This document shows positions 19,601-29,800 of a DNA stretch of 64,000 nucleotides, piece by piece. The position numbers and the translations under genes are program-made. The stretch is from an uncultured Verrucomicrobiae bacterium (GTDB taxonomy: Bacteria > Verrucomicrobiota > Verrucomicrobiia > Limisphaerales > JAFGQR01), in the NCBI GenBank assembly GCA_963788655.1, contig CAWBHS010000087.1, forward strand, positions 160,001-224,000, given 5' to 3'. Numbering within the stretch: the stretch's first letter is position 1; every line of letters begins with the position of its first letter. The notes beneath the pieces were generated by a model, which did not search any database, was not told the DNA's origin, and saw only the letters and a program-made list of their open reading frames with translations.

Positions 19601-20031
19601 CCAGTGCCACCTGCCACGCGCCGGTCTGAGTGATATTGGCGCTTTCGAATTTCAAAGCCCGGCGTCGGCTATCTCGTATGCCTGGCTGCAATACTACGAC
19701 CTCGCCACGGACGGGTCGGCAGACCAGAACGATTCTGATTTGGACGGCATGAACAATCTGAGGGAATGGCTGGCCGGCACCTGTCCGACCAACGCGATGT
19801 CGTGTCTCATGATGTTATCTCCGACCGCGACCGAGTCGGGAGTCGTAGTGCGCTGGGCCAGTGAAACCGGCAAGCGGTACTGCAGTCCAACGCAGCACCA
19901 CCCTCGGTGCCACAGCGTCGTTCTCTACGTTGACGAGCAACATCGTTGGACAACCCGGCACCACAACTTACCTCGACACCAACGCCGTTGGTTCCGGGCC
20001 TTGCTTCTATCGCATAACCATCCAGCCATAA
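16614..20031 (+). CDS. Large secreted modular protein: lectin-like N-terminus, IPT/TIG, BspA-type LRR, IPT, Gly-rich beta-helix, choice-of-anchor-Q-like region, C-terminal FYR domain (frameshifted near 19881)
   Basis: Signal peptide MKGSL; IPDTVTNIGDYAFYGCTTLTNV repeats; GGGIYNNGG; DPLL...NGG...SPAINA...DIGAFE; DLDGMNNLREWLAGTCP. Removing one base near 19881 gives the tail ...YAVQRSTTL...GPCFYRITIQP* (stop 20029-20031). Confidence 0.8.
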
Positions 20032-20110
20032 CCTTGGTTCAGCGGCATCAATGATGCCGTCGTCCGTTACCCGCGGACGCTCCGCGAAACAATGTCGAAC
20101 AGTGAACCTG

Positions 20111-20284
20111 TCATTTTAATAGCTCGGCATCTTCCAGAAAGGTTTTGAACTTGAGCGCATCCAACCGACGCTTTTCGGTGTCGTCCAGGACGGAGAGTTC
20201 CGGGAAGCCCAAGGCCTCGGACACGGCGGCGCCCCCCGTCAGAGATCGGGTCACCGAGGTGATTCTGAATATCTGGTTCGGCAT
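20111..20284 (-). CDS. Small hypothetical protein (57 aa)
   Basis: MPNQIFRITSVTRSLTGGAAVSEALGFPELSVLDDTEKRRLDALKFKTFLEDAELLK*. Fills an intergenic gap, has protein-like composition, and is below the ORF-track size cutoff. Confidence 0.4.
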   Translation of the reverse strand: MPNQIFRITSVTRSLTGGAAVSEALGFPELSVLDDTEKRRLDALKFKTFLEDAELLK

Positions 20285-20376
20285 GGCGTCGTTGTAACGC
20301 TGCGGAAATTAGCAGCGTCGAGGGGTGGTGAGAATTGGGGCAAGAAGCGTTTCCGAAACGACGGGATGATTCGACG

Positions 20377-20413
20377 AAAGCAAAAGGAAACCGGACTTGC
20401 GTCCGGTTTCCTT
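20377..20413 (-). terminator. Intrinsic terminator of the 20454-26339 gene
   Basis: 13-bp perfect stem aaggaaaccggac / gtccggtttcctt with a GCAA loop on the minus strand, followed by a T-rich tail, about 40 nt after the stop codon. Confidence 0.75.
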
Positions 20414-20453
20414 GCCCTATCCGTTAAACCGCTGGGTGGTGGCCCAGATTCGA

Positions 20454-23400
20454 TTACGGGTTCTGCACCCGATAGAATTTCTTGGTGGCCAGCGGCCCGG
20501 GCACCGTGTAGGGCGTTCCGGGATCACCGAGCACCGGCGTGTAGGGGCCTTCCAAGTTGTCGGCTTCGTAGAGCCGGAAGCCCGTCGCGGGCGGCCACGC
20601 GAGGGAGACGTTACTGCCGTCCACGCGCGCGTCCACGCGCATTTCGAGCGCGGGCACGTGAATCCGAATCTTCGCCGCAAAGGCCAGATCGCTGCTGGTG
20701 AGGTTGACTTGGTGGACTTCGGCGGCCAAAACGTTGTCACCGCCATTCACCACGTTGGTGAGCGGCAACTCGTAGGGGCCTTCCCACCGATACTCACTGC
20801 CTTGCGACCGGTTGGCGAAGGTTTCCCAAGTGAGAGCGCCTTCCGCCATGCCCACGCGCCGGGCTTCCTCCCCGTTGAGGTAGAACACCGCCCCGTCGTC
20901 AAGAACCGGCACAATCTCCAATTGATAAGATTGCAGTTCCGCCAGTTCCGCCAAAGAGGGCGCGGTGAAGTGGGTGCGCACGTAATAAGTGATGTTGGTT
21001 GTCCACGTGAGTTCGTCCACGGTATTGGTCCACGCCATCATCGTGGCCGGCGGAACGTCGCACGCATCCGGATTGATGGGGTTATTGAAGCGCGCGGCCC
21101 ATAACAGCGCCGGACCTTCGGTCCAAATGGCGTCGTCATATCCCGCGCCGGTCCACGCCGTCCCCAGGTCCCGGCCGGTGTCCTCATACCTCCAACTGGC
21201 GTCCGCGGCCAGCAACGTGACTTCGAACGGCAGGAACAGCGTGGTGGGATTAGGATCCAGCACGTTGCGCCGGTAGGCGGCGTCCGTCAGGCCTCGAACG
21301 GTCAGCGTGAAATATTGCCACGCCGCCCGCGGGCTGGTGGTTAACCGGACGGTGTCGCCATTGTCGGCCAGGTCCGCGCCCACGATCTGAACGCTGTCGC
21401 CGCCAAACGAAGGAGTCACTTCATAGTTGGACAATTCAGCCACCGACAACGGATCAAGCGGTTTGGAGAAGTTCATCACGATAGTGGTGTCCGAAACACT
21501 TAGCGCGTCAAGCAACACCGGCGCGGTCGTGTCCGGGGTCACGGTCAACCCGGCGTTATCGGATTGCGCCTCGCTGGGCAGGTCGTTGCCAACCACGCAA
21601 TAGTAGGTGCCGTCATCCGTCTCGACTGCGCCCGTGATCGTGTAGCTGGGACCGGTTGCACCGGAAATCGCCTCGCCATCTTTATACCATTGGAAGGCGG
21701 GCTGGGTGCCGCTGACCGTTATGCTGAAGGTGACTTCTTCTCCTTCATTGATGGTGGTGCTGGCCGCGGGCTGGGTGATGATTTGCACCGGGTTGGTGGC
21801 GCCCGAGGGCGTGTAAGTGACCGTCAAAAGCGGACGGTTGGCAGCGGTCGCCGCTTCGGAGGAGGCAAAGCGCCAGCCGTCCGAAATCGTGTTGGTGAGG
21901 AACCAGCCATAATTGGCCTGCCCGCTGATCCAGGCCTGCACCGAGTCGGTCACATCAATGGTGATCGGCGTGTCAATGGTCGTGTCGAGCGTGGACGGCA
22001 CATTGGCAATGACGGCGGAAGCGGCCATCACGTCGTTGGCCACAATGCCGCCAGCCCACGGAGTGTTCCACGTGTCGGTGTCGTTCCACGGCTGGAGCAT
22101 GAGGTGCAGATCAATCGGCTCGCCCAAGTTCACCGTGAAGAACGTCAGGCGGGCGGATTGGATGGTCGCATCCAGCGGCACCTGGCCCAGCGCCCCGCCA
22201 AGGAGGTTGTCGAACCGCAGCAATCCGCTGGTCAGCGGACTGTCGCTGTCCACCAACACTTCTGCCAGTGTGGCGTAGGAAGTATCAGGCGTCGCTTGGT
22301 CCAAGTAAGTGTCCACCGTCCCCGCATAGTCGCCGACGCCTTGCTGGAAGGTGGCCACGCCGCCGACGATGACGGTATTCGGGGACAAGGGATTGTCAAA
22401 CAGGTCGGTCACGTTGGCAACCGTCAGCCGATAAACCTCTCCGGTCAGCGGCGTGTCCGTTTCCACGATGGCCTGCGTGTTGTCGGCCGCCAACTCCACG
22501 CTGGCGATGGCCACGCAGTTGGCTGCGTTGTAAGCATCGCAGATCTGGTAGTTGAGCGGATTCCCGGCTTCGGTCGCGTCCACAGCTTCCGAAAAGGTCA
22601 CCGTGATGGTGGTCAAATTTTCCGCCGGCACCGCCGACACCAACTGCGGATCGGTCGCGTCCGGCGTGACCGTCAGGGTAGCAGCGTCACTCTCGATCCG
22701 GACGTCCGCCGCGGCGACAACGCACCGGAACTGGAGACCGTTGTCCGCGGGATAGGCGGTCTGCGCCACCTGGTAGTTCTTGAAGACCGCGCCGGGAATG
22801 TTGGTGAAGTTAGCCCCGTCGTCGCTGCGCTGCCATTGATAGGCAATCGGCGCGCCGGTGCTGCTGGTGGCGTCCGCGCTGAAGCTGGCGCCATTGGGGT
22901 GTTCCGCCGTAGCCGAAACCGGGGACGTGACAATGTTCACGTCGCCCGCCAATCCGGGCGGGAGGCCGGGATAGCCAATGCTGTTGGCGTCCAACCATTG
23001 AAGATTGGCGGCGGGCACCGTCTGGCCTTCCAAGCGCGCGGCCACGACGAGGTAATCGCCCCCATTGCCTTCTTTATACAGGGCTTCCACCGCGTAGCCC
23101 TGACCCGCGATCAGGTCGAAGGGTGCGGAGGTCTTGTCCGACGGCGGCTCCAGGAAGGCCTCGCAACAGTTGGTGGCGAACGCCACCAACGTCAGACCCG
23201 CGGCGTCGGGACCGGCTGGATTGAACCACACTTCGGCGTCGTCATCACTGCTGAGAAACAGCCGCCATTTTCCGGTGAAGGGCGGAATGAACCAGCCGCG
23301 GACCCGGCCGCCGTAGTTGTTGCGGGCGGCATCGTCCGGCCCCACGGTGAAGACATTGGTGGGATTGAATTCGGTCAGGCCATAGATGGCATCCGGTTGG

Positions 23401-26339
23401 TCGGGGAAGGTGGGTTGGTCCGTGAGGTTGGTGATCGCATTGCCACCGCCCACGTCATATTTCTCGAACAACATGCCGCCGGCCTGGTTGAGCACCCAGG
23501 AACGGACGGGAAGGTCCACCGGGACCAGGCCGTTGCCCGCCAAATCGGCCGGGCCTGCCAAAAAGCTCACCGTATAGAGGGTGTCGGGCGTCAGCGGACC
23601 GCTGGTTTCCACGATGAGTGCCCAGCCGTCGTTGGTGGCGACGGCGGCGACGGCATGCAGGCCTCCACTGATTTCGTAGCTAAACTCATCGATGACCGTA
23701 CTCGCGTCCATCTGCTCGTCAAACTCCACAATGAAGCGGTCGAAGTTGGCGCCGGGAATGATCCGCGCCACCGTCGGCGGCACCACGTCGGCGTTCACCA
23801 CGACTTGCGCGACGCTGCTGGTTTCCTCGTGCAAGGTATTGCTCACCTCGACCACATAATCGCCCGCGTCGGCCATACTGGCACTGGCCACGGTGTAGGT
23901 GGCCGAAGTGGCGCCGTCGATGGGCGTCAACGTCTCGCCGGCCTTTCGATACCATTGATACAACGGGACGGTGCCGGTGGCCTGCACGCTCAGGCTGAAC
24001 GGACGGAATTCAGTCACTTCCGTCACGGCGGCCGGCGGTTGAGTGATGACGATGGGATTCACAAACACCGAAACCTCGGTGGCGGAACTGGTGAACGCAC
24101 TGATCTCGTTTTGAACTTGAACATAGTAACTGCCCGCGTCACTCAAGCTGGCGCTGGGCACCGAGTAGGTGGCCGCGGTGGCACCGTCGATGGGCGTGCC
24201 CGATCCCGGGGTGCCCTTGAACCATTGGAACTGCGGATCGGAACCCGTGACGGCAATGCTGAGGCTGAAGAGACTTTGTTCCTCCACGTCCAGCAGCGCC
24301 GGCGGTTGCTCGACGATGACCAACGGAACTGCCGGCCCGAGTTCCGCCAGCATGAAGACACTGAAGCCGTAAGCATACGTGTCCTGAATTGTGGTGGAAC
24401 CGCCGCCGGTCGTGGGCACCGGTGCGCCGACGCCCACCGCCGCGAGATAGTTGGAGCAAACAATGGAAAAGGACGTTCCATTCGGCACGATTTCATCCCA
24501 GCCGATCAGGTCGCCCGTGCGATTCTCGCCCGCGTTCCAGGCCGCCTGGGTGACCGGCGCCAGGTTATTCCCGTACGGCGCCCAGCCATTCGTGATGATG
24601 CCTGGCGAGGTGGGTCCGGTAACGTGCGCCGGCGTGGCCGCCAGAACTCCCGTCAAGGTGGCCAGCCCCCACCGGCCCGCGTAACCATTGCCGCGGATGG
24701 CGGTGCCCCGGAACGCATAGCGTCGGCCGGGAACAAGGTTGGTAAAGGTAAAGGTCACGTTGGCCGTGTATGGCGTCGAGCCAAAGTAGAGCGCACTGGC
24801 GTTCCAGTCGGTCTTGTCGCTGAAGAGCAAAGCGGCCGGCGAGCCGGCATCGGGAGCACCGGAATCGCCCGTGGTCCCATTGATTGAACCGCTGGGCACA
24901 ATCTCCACGCCCGAACTGGTCGGAGTCCCGTCCACAAAACTGACCAATGGCCCGCCGGCCCCTTCGGTGGTGGTGATGGAATAGGTGGTCACGGTGGCAG
25001 CGGTGCCGTCTCCGGCGTCATGGTCGTTAAACGCCCGCCACATCGTGCTGAGAATCTCGACCTCCGCCGTGTAGGCGTTCAATGGCGGGGTGCCCCATTG
25101 GTCGGTGACATTCTCCGTGATGGTCAGGATCCATTGTTGGCCGAGATCTTCGGGCATGGCGGTGGCGATCAAGACCCGGGTGTGTTCCGTTCCCGGAACA
25201 AACACAAAACGATCCGGATTGGCCGGGTCGGTACCCGAGAGCGCGAGTTGATCATCGGACGACTCATCGGTCACCAAATAGTCAGCAACCTCGAGGGCAG
25301 TATCGCCCATCGGCTTGCTGAAGGTCACCACAATGTTGGTATAGTTGGCCTGCCGTACGGCGGAAAGCACCGTCGGCGGCACCACGTCCACGGTCAGGGT
25401 AGCGTTGCTGCTGGTGATGGTATTGATGGGGTTGCTAAGCTCGACTTGATATTGGCCATTATCGGCCGTCGTGGCTCGGGCAATTGTGTAATTCTCCAAG
25501 GTCGCTCCCGAAATCGGCGCTCCATCCTTGAACCATTGATAAGCAAACGGCGGCGATCCCGCAGGCTCCGATGTGAGCGTCACCGAATGGAACTCGGCAA
25601 CGGTGGTGCTGGCCGGCTCGACGACGAAACTGGCCGGTTCACTGGTGATATCCACTGCAAAATTATCGATCGAGTAGGCGCCTTCAGTGGTGGCGTCACC
25701 GGTGGAGGTACCGCCGGGGCCGTTATCATCCGCCCAGAGGAGGTACAGCGTGGCGCCGTCAGCCCACGAACCCAGCGACAATCCCGCGGTCAACCGCTGG
25801 GCCCCGCTCTCAATGGTGAACGTGGAGAACTCCGGGATCAATTGCCAGCTTCCGGGCTCTCCCGTCAGGCTGAAGAAAGCCCGTTGGCCAAAAATGTGTT
25901 CACCAATCGGCTGCGCGGTGCCCTGGTCCAATTGGTTCCAATCATAGGACACCGTGAGCCAGGCCAAGCTGCCCCCGGTGTTGTTCACCAAGGTCGCCAT
26001 CAGGAGCGCGTAGGCATTGCCGGTCGAGCGGGTTTGGAGAAACAAACCGGACGTGTTCCAGCGTCCCAGAGCATTCGCCGACGGCGGCATCGTGCTGCTC
26101 GAGGGGAGGGTCGTTGTGATGGCGCTGGCGGAGGCGTTGGCAACCACCGCCGCATCCAACGCGGCCGCCGTAGTAAAATCGCCGCCGCCCCCCGCGACTG
26201 ACAAGGTGGACCAATCGGCCACGGCGGGTTGAGTGTCAAAGGTCAAGGGGATGCTGCCTGATTCCACTGAGACGGCTCCCGAGGCGTTCGCGGCCCACAG
26301 GGTTCCGATTGCCAACCAGGCAAAGAATTGCGTTTTCAT
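20454..26339 (-). CDS. Giant secreted modular protein (1961 aa): Ig-like repeats, unknown WxAxND domain, PA14-like, DNRLRE-like, jelly-roll domain, C-terminal FYR domain
   Basis: Signal peptide; repeated YQW(F/Y)K...I.GAT...Y...D.G.Y Ig modules; NYGGRVRGWF...SSDDDAEVW...YKEGNGGD (PA14-like); FQQG...DTYL...LLRFD...NYGW...RPLLTVTY (DNRLRE-like); ends KKFYRVQNP. Confidence 0.88.
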   Translation of the reverse strand: MKTQFFAWLAIGTLWAANASGAVSVESGSIPLTFDTQPAVADWSTLSVAGGGGDFTTAAALDAAVVANASASAITTTLPSSSTMPPSANALGRWNTSGLFLQTRSTGNAYALLMATLVNNTGGSLAWLTVSYDWNQLDQGTAQPIGEHIFGQRAFFSLTGEPGSWQLIPEFSTFTIESGAQRLTAGLSLGSWADGATLYLLWADDNGPGGTSTGDATTEGAYSIDNFAVDITSEPASFVVEPASTTVAEFHSVTLTSEPAGSPPFAYQWFKDGAPISGATLENYTIARATTADNGQYQVELSNPINTITSSNATLTVDVVPPTVLSAVRQANYTNIVVTFSKPMGDTALEVADYLVTDESSDDQLALSGTDPANPDRFVFVPGTEHTRVLIATAMPEDLGQQWILTITENVTDQWGTPPLNAYTAEVEILSTMWRAFNDHDAGDGTAATVTTYSITTTEGAGGPLVSFVDGTPTSSGVEIVPSGSINGTTGDSGAPDAGSPAALLFSDKTDWNASALYFGSTPYTANVTFTFTNLVPGRRYAFRGTAIRGNGYAGRWGLATLTGVLAATPAHVTGPTSPGIITNGWAPYGNNLAPVTQAAWNAGENRTGDLIGWDEIVPNGTSFSIVCSNYLAAVGVGAPVPTTGGGSTTIQDTYAYGFSVFMLAELGPAVPLVIVEQPPALLDVEEQSLFSLSIAVTGSDPQFQWFKGTPGSGTPIDGATAATYSVPSASLSDAGSYYVQVQNEISAFTSSATEVSVFVNPIVITQPPAAVTEVTEFRPFSLSVQATGTVPLYQWYRKAGETLTPIDGATSATYTVASASMADAGDYVVEVSNTLHEETSSVAQVVVNADVVPPTVARIIPGANFDRFIVEFDEQMDASTVIDEFSYEISGGLHAVAAVATNDGWALIVETSGPLTPDTLYTVSFLAGPADLAGNGLVPVDLPVRSWVLNQAGGMLFEKYDVGGGNAITNLTDQPTFPDQPDAIYGLTEFNPTNVFTVGPDDAARNNYGGRVRGWFIPPFTGKWRLFLSSDDDAEVWFNPAGPDAAGLTLVAFATNCCEAFLEPPSDKTSAPFDLIAGQGYAVEALYKEGNGGDYLVVAARLEGQTVPAANLQWLDANSIGYPGLPPGLAGDVNIVTSPVSATAEHPNGASFSADATSSTGAPIAYQWQRSDDGANFTNIPGAVFKNYQVAQTAYPADNGLQFRCVVAAADVRIESDAATLTVTPDATDPQLVSAVPAENLTTITVTFSEAVDATEAGNPLNYQICDAYNAANCVAIASVELAADNTQAIVETDTPLTGEVYRLTVANVTDLFDNPLSPNTVIVGGVATFQQGVGDYAGTVDTYLDQATPDTSYATLAEVLVDSDSPLTSGLLRFDNLLGGALGQVPLDATIQSARLTFFTVNLGEPIDLHLMLQPWNDTDTWNTPWAGGIVANDVMAASAVIANVPSTLDTTIDTPITIDVTDSVQAWISGQANYGWFLTNTISDGWRFASSEAATAANRPLLTVTYTPSGATNPVQIITQPAASTTINEGEEVTFSITVSGTQPAFQWYKDGEAISGATGPSYTITGAVETDDGTYYCVVGNDLPSEAQSDNAGLTVTPDTTAPVLLDALSVSDTTIVMNFSKPLDPLSVAELSNYEVTPSFGGDSVQIVGADLADNGDTVRLTTSPRAAWQYFTLTVRGLTDAAYRRNVLDPNPTTLFLPFEVTLLAADASWRYEDTGRDLGTAWTGAGYDDAIWTEGPALLWAARFNNPINPDACDVPPATMMAWTNTVDELTWTTNITYYVRTHFTAPSLAELAELQSYQLEIVPVLDDGAVFYLNGEEARRVGMAEGALTWETFANRSQGSEYRWEGPYELPLTNVVNGGDNVLAAEVHQVNLTSSDLAFAAKIRIHVPALEMRVDARVDGSNVSLAWPPATGFRLYEADNLEGPYTPVLGDPGTPYTVPGPLATKKFYRVQNP

Positions 26340-26820
26340 AGGGTAAACTGGATTCGAATTGCAGATGGATCGCTCGGCTTCGCGAACAGAAATGCCGTTA
26401 TCCGTTAGACCCGAGCGGCGGCATTGGTCCTCGGCTGAGGATCGCCGGCGCAGAATAGGGTGCAGGGGAACTGACGGGGTTCGCCGATGCTGACGACGCG
26501 TTATATGGTGCTACTTGGTTGACTACCCCCTGGGCAGCGTGGGTGGTAATGACCACTTCGGGCATACCAATACGCAGTGACAACAGCGCCCCACAACGAC
26601 AGATTGATAGTCAGGTTTGACTTTGAGTGCGAGGCAGTGAACCACGTCACCTTGTCGAAAGCAATAGCTAATTGCAATAAACTTTAACCAGTATTGATGC
26701 TTCTTAACGGAATAACTCCCTTGGCGATGAAATCCTGGTTTCCGGCCGCCTGGAATTCAACAAACCGGTCAGGGATGGGCCTGCTAATACGCCACTGTGA
26801 TCAGGGATTTGACGGGGAAT

Positions 26821-29800
26821 CTACCGCCGGAGACGATAGAATCTTTGAGTGCCGGTCGGATTCAAGGGCAGACCATTGAATCCGCCCAGGCACTTCGATG
26901 TAGGGGCCGGCGGGATCGGTGGCTTCTTCGGGCACGCCGGTGCCGGTCCACATCAGGCACAGTCCGGCGGCCGGGTTCGCGGGATTGAGTCGTAGAGAAA
27001 AGATACGGACGGGTGCCGCGGGCGGGATCGTACTCGGCGAGGAGTTGCAGGCCGAACAGACAGTCCGCGCTGGCCGTGCCGTAAGGGTGCAGCTCGCTGG
27101 CAATTACATTGGCGCCGGCTTGGATCATGGAGGGCGGCACGTTGGTGGACGCCAGCACCGCGTCACCGTCAGAACCCGCATTGGTCGCAAAAGAAACGCA
27201 GACCGTCGGCCATCTTGAAGCGGAACGCCTCGGTGCCATTGAAGTAGCACACCAAACCGTCGTCGATTACGTGATTGACCACCAACTCCGCGCCGGGCGG
27301 CAAACTGCCTCGGGTCCAATCAAAGCGGCTGCGCAAATAGACTGTGTTTTGCGGTCGCAGAGTGGTTTGAATCGGCGAGGGAAGGGCGTTCAAAATCAAA
27401 GGATTATCTTCAAAGCCCAAAAGCCCCGGGCCGGTTGGCCAAGTCGTGTCGTCAAAAGCGGCGTTGAACCAAGCGAGGCCATCGTAGTTGTCCGCGGTCG
27501 TGCGGGCATCGTCGTAACGCCACGGGGAATCCCAATCGAGCAAGACCAGTTGCTCGACGATGGGCAAGCCCTCCGGCATCAGGACCGGGTGGGGAGAGGC
27601 TGCGGTGTCGGTGACGCCGGTAGTGACATACACGAAGTAAGGAGTTCCGAACGTCAGGGAAGTAGCCAGAGTCAGCTTCACGGTAGCTGGCGCCACCAAT
27701 ACGGCGGCCTCGATGGCGACCAACTGAAACTCCGGCGTCAACGTGTAAAGGACGTAGTTTTTGGCAGGTTCGGCACCGGCGGCCGCCAGGGGGTGGTCGA
27801 ATTCCAACTCGAGGGAGTTGAGGCTGCCGGTCGAGCGCGACACCGCCGACAGCAGGTGAGTCGGCTTGCCTCCGCTGATGACCCGCAACACTGAATCTGA
27901 ACTGGTGATGGTGCTGGGCACGTCATTGCTGACGACGCACCGATAAACGCCGGCATCCGCAGGCCGGGCGGTTGTGATCGTGTAGGCGCTTTGGTTGGCT
28001 CCTGGAATATCCTCACCGTCCTTCTGCCATCGGTACTGGGGATCGGTGCCCGACACCGCGACCGAAATCGAAACCGGGTCGCCTTCAGCCACGATTTGCG
28101 ATGGCACCGGCTGTTGCTGCATGGATAATGGGACCGGCGTTAGGGTGCCCAACCAATCAACCGCCAACCGTGGACGAGTGTCGATGAGCGCTCCTTCGGA
28201 GGAACCAAACATATACCCATCCGTGCGGTGATTGATCAGGCCCCAGCCGTAGTTGGGTGCCCCATTGGCCCAGGCTTGGACAGAGGCGGTCACGTCGATA
28301 TCGATGAATTCACCGACAGTAAACGGACTGATCGTGGCAACGGCCGGTTCGACGATATCGTTGGTGATACCGTCACCGCCAAGGGTATTCCAAGTGTCGT
28401 CCAGGGTCCAAGCAGTCGCCATCTGATACAAGGAAACGTCATCGCCGTTGTTCGTGGTGTACAGGCGCAAGGTGGCCGAGTAAATGGTGGCTCCCGCCTC
28501 GACCTGGCCAGGGTTGCTGCCAAAGAGGCCGTCAAAGCGCAGCAACCCATGGCTGACCGGAGACTCGCCATCGGTCAAGACCACAGGACGGTCACCAAAG
28601 GTGGCATCTGGTTCTGCGGCACTAACGTACGTATCTTCCGTTCCCGTATATCCATTGACTCCCTGCTGAAAGCCCGTTGCTGTTGCTATAGAAATATGGT
28701 TCGGATACAGCGCATTGCCGGCTGGATCCGTTACGTTGTTGATCGTAAGGGTGGACCCACTGGGCAAAGGATCGGCCGTCTTGATGGTGGCCACCGTGTT
28801 ACTAACCGAGAGGGTCACCGCCACAACGCCATTGACGGGCGCAATAACATAATTTGTAGGGTTGGCAGCTTCCTGAGCGTCCACGCCTTCCGAGAAGATG
28901 ACGTCGACGGTGGTTTCGTCGAATTGACGTACGGCGGAAATGATCATGGGCGCGGTGGTATCTGCGATTACTTCCACAGTGATGACCGGGCTGTTGGTCG
29001 AATTGCCGATGGCATCCGTAGCTCGCAGATAATAGTCTCCCGCGTTCGCCAGTGTCGCCCTGGTCACCTGGTACGAACTGGTGGTGGCCTCCGGGTCAGC
29101 CACGCCGTCATGGAACCACTGAAACTGTGGATCAAGCCCAATGACCCCAAATGTTAGATTGAAGGCATCTCCCTGCGCGACCACTAGATGATTCGTTGCC
29201 GGAACGGATACAATGGCGACCGTCGCCACGGGCGGCAGGATCGCTAGAATTTGCGCGCCAAACACATTGTCCGAACTGGTCGTGGCGACGGCATGGAGGT
29301 CTGCGGCGACGATGTTATTGCCCTGGTGAAGCAGGCTGAGCGGTAATAGATTCGTTGCCACCACGGTCTCATCGCTGAAACCAAAATCATCCGCCAGAGT
29401 CGTGTGAGTCATTGTGACCGGCGCCGGCGGCATCTTGTAACGGAAGGCCTCGGTGCCATTGACATGGAACACTACGCCGTCATCAACCGTATGGCGAAAC
29501 TCAAGCTGCACCGCGGGATCCACGGCGCCGGGCGCGAACGGCCAGTGCACGTCGGTTTTGCGGTAATAGGACGTGAATTGATTCGCGATGACCTCGGTGT
29601 TGATGGCGCCGGCATTGGTCGTCAGATAGGTGATGGTATCGGTTGTGGTTTCCAAGCCCAGGAGGCCCGGGCCTGAAGCCCAAAGAGAATCGTCATAAGC
29701 CGGATCATAAAAGGGCGGAACCACGGTCAGCAGGTCGGTGTCCGAGGCTTCGTATTTCCATGCGGCGTCCCAATCGGCAATTATGAGGACACTGGTCACC

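Noticed and set aside
21564..24887. 1107-aa plus-strand ORF and other long antisense ORFs (e.g. 39025-40632, 13582-14691, 37795-38934)
   Set aside because: These are shadow frames opposite well-supported genes in GC-rich DNA, with no recognisable motifs.
26398..26690. 61-aa ORF and GCAAT-N5-ATTGC palindrome upstream of the 1961-aa gene
   Set aside because: The ORF has no recognisable features or RBS, and the palindrome is short and single-copy, so neither can be supported.
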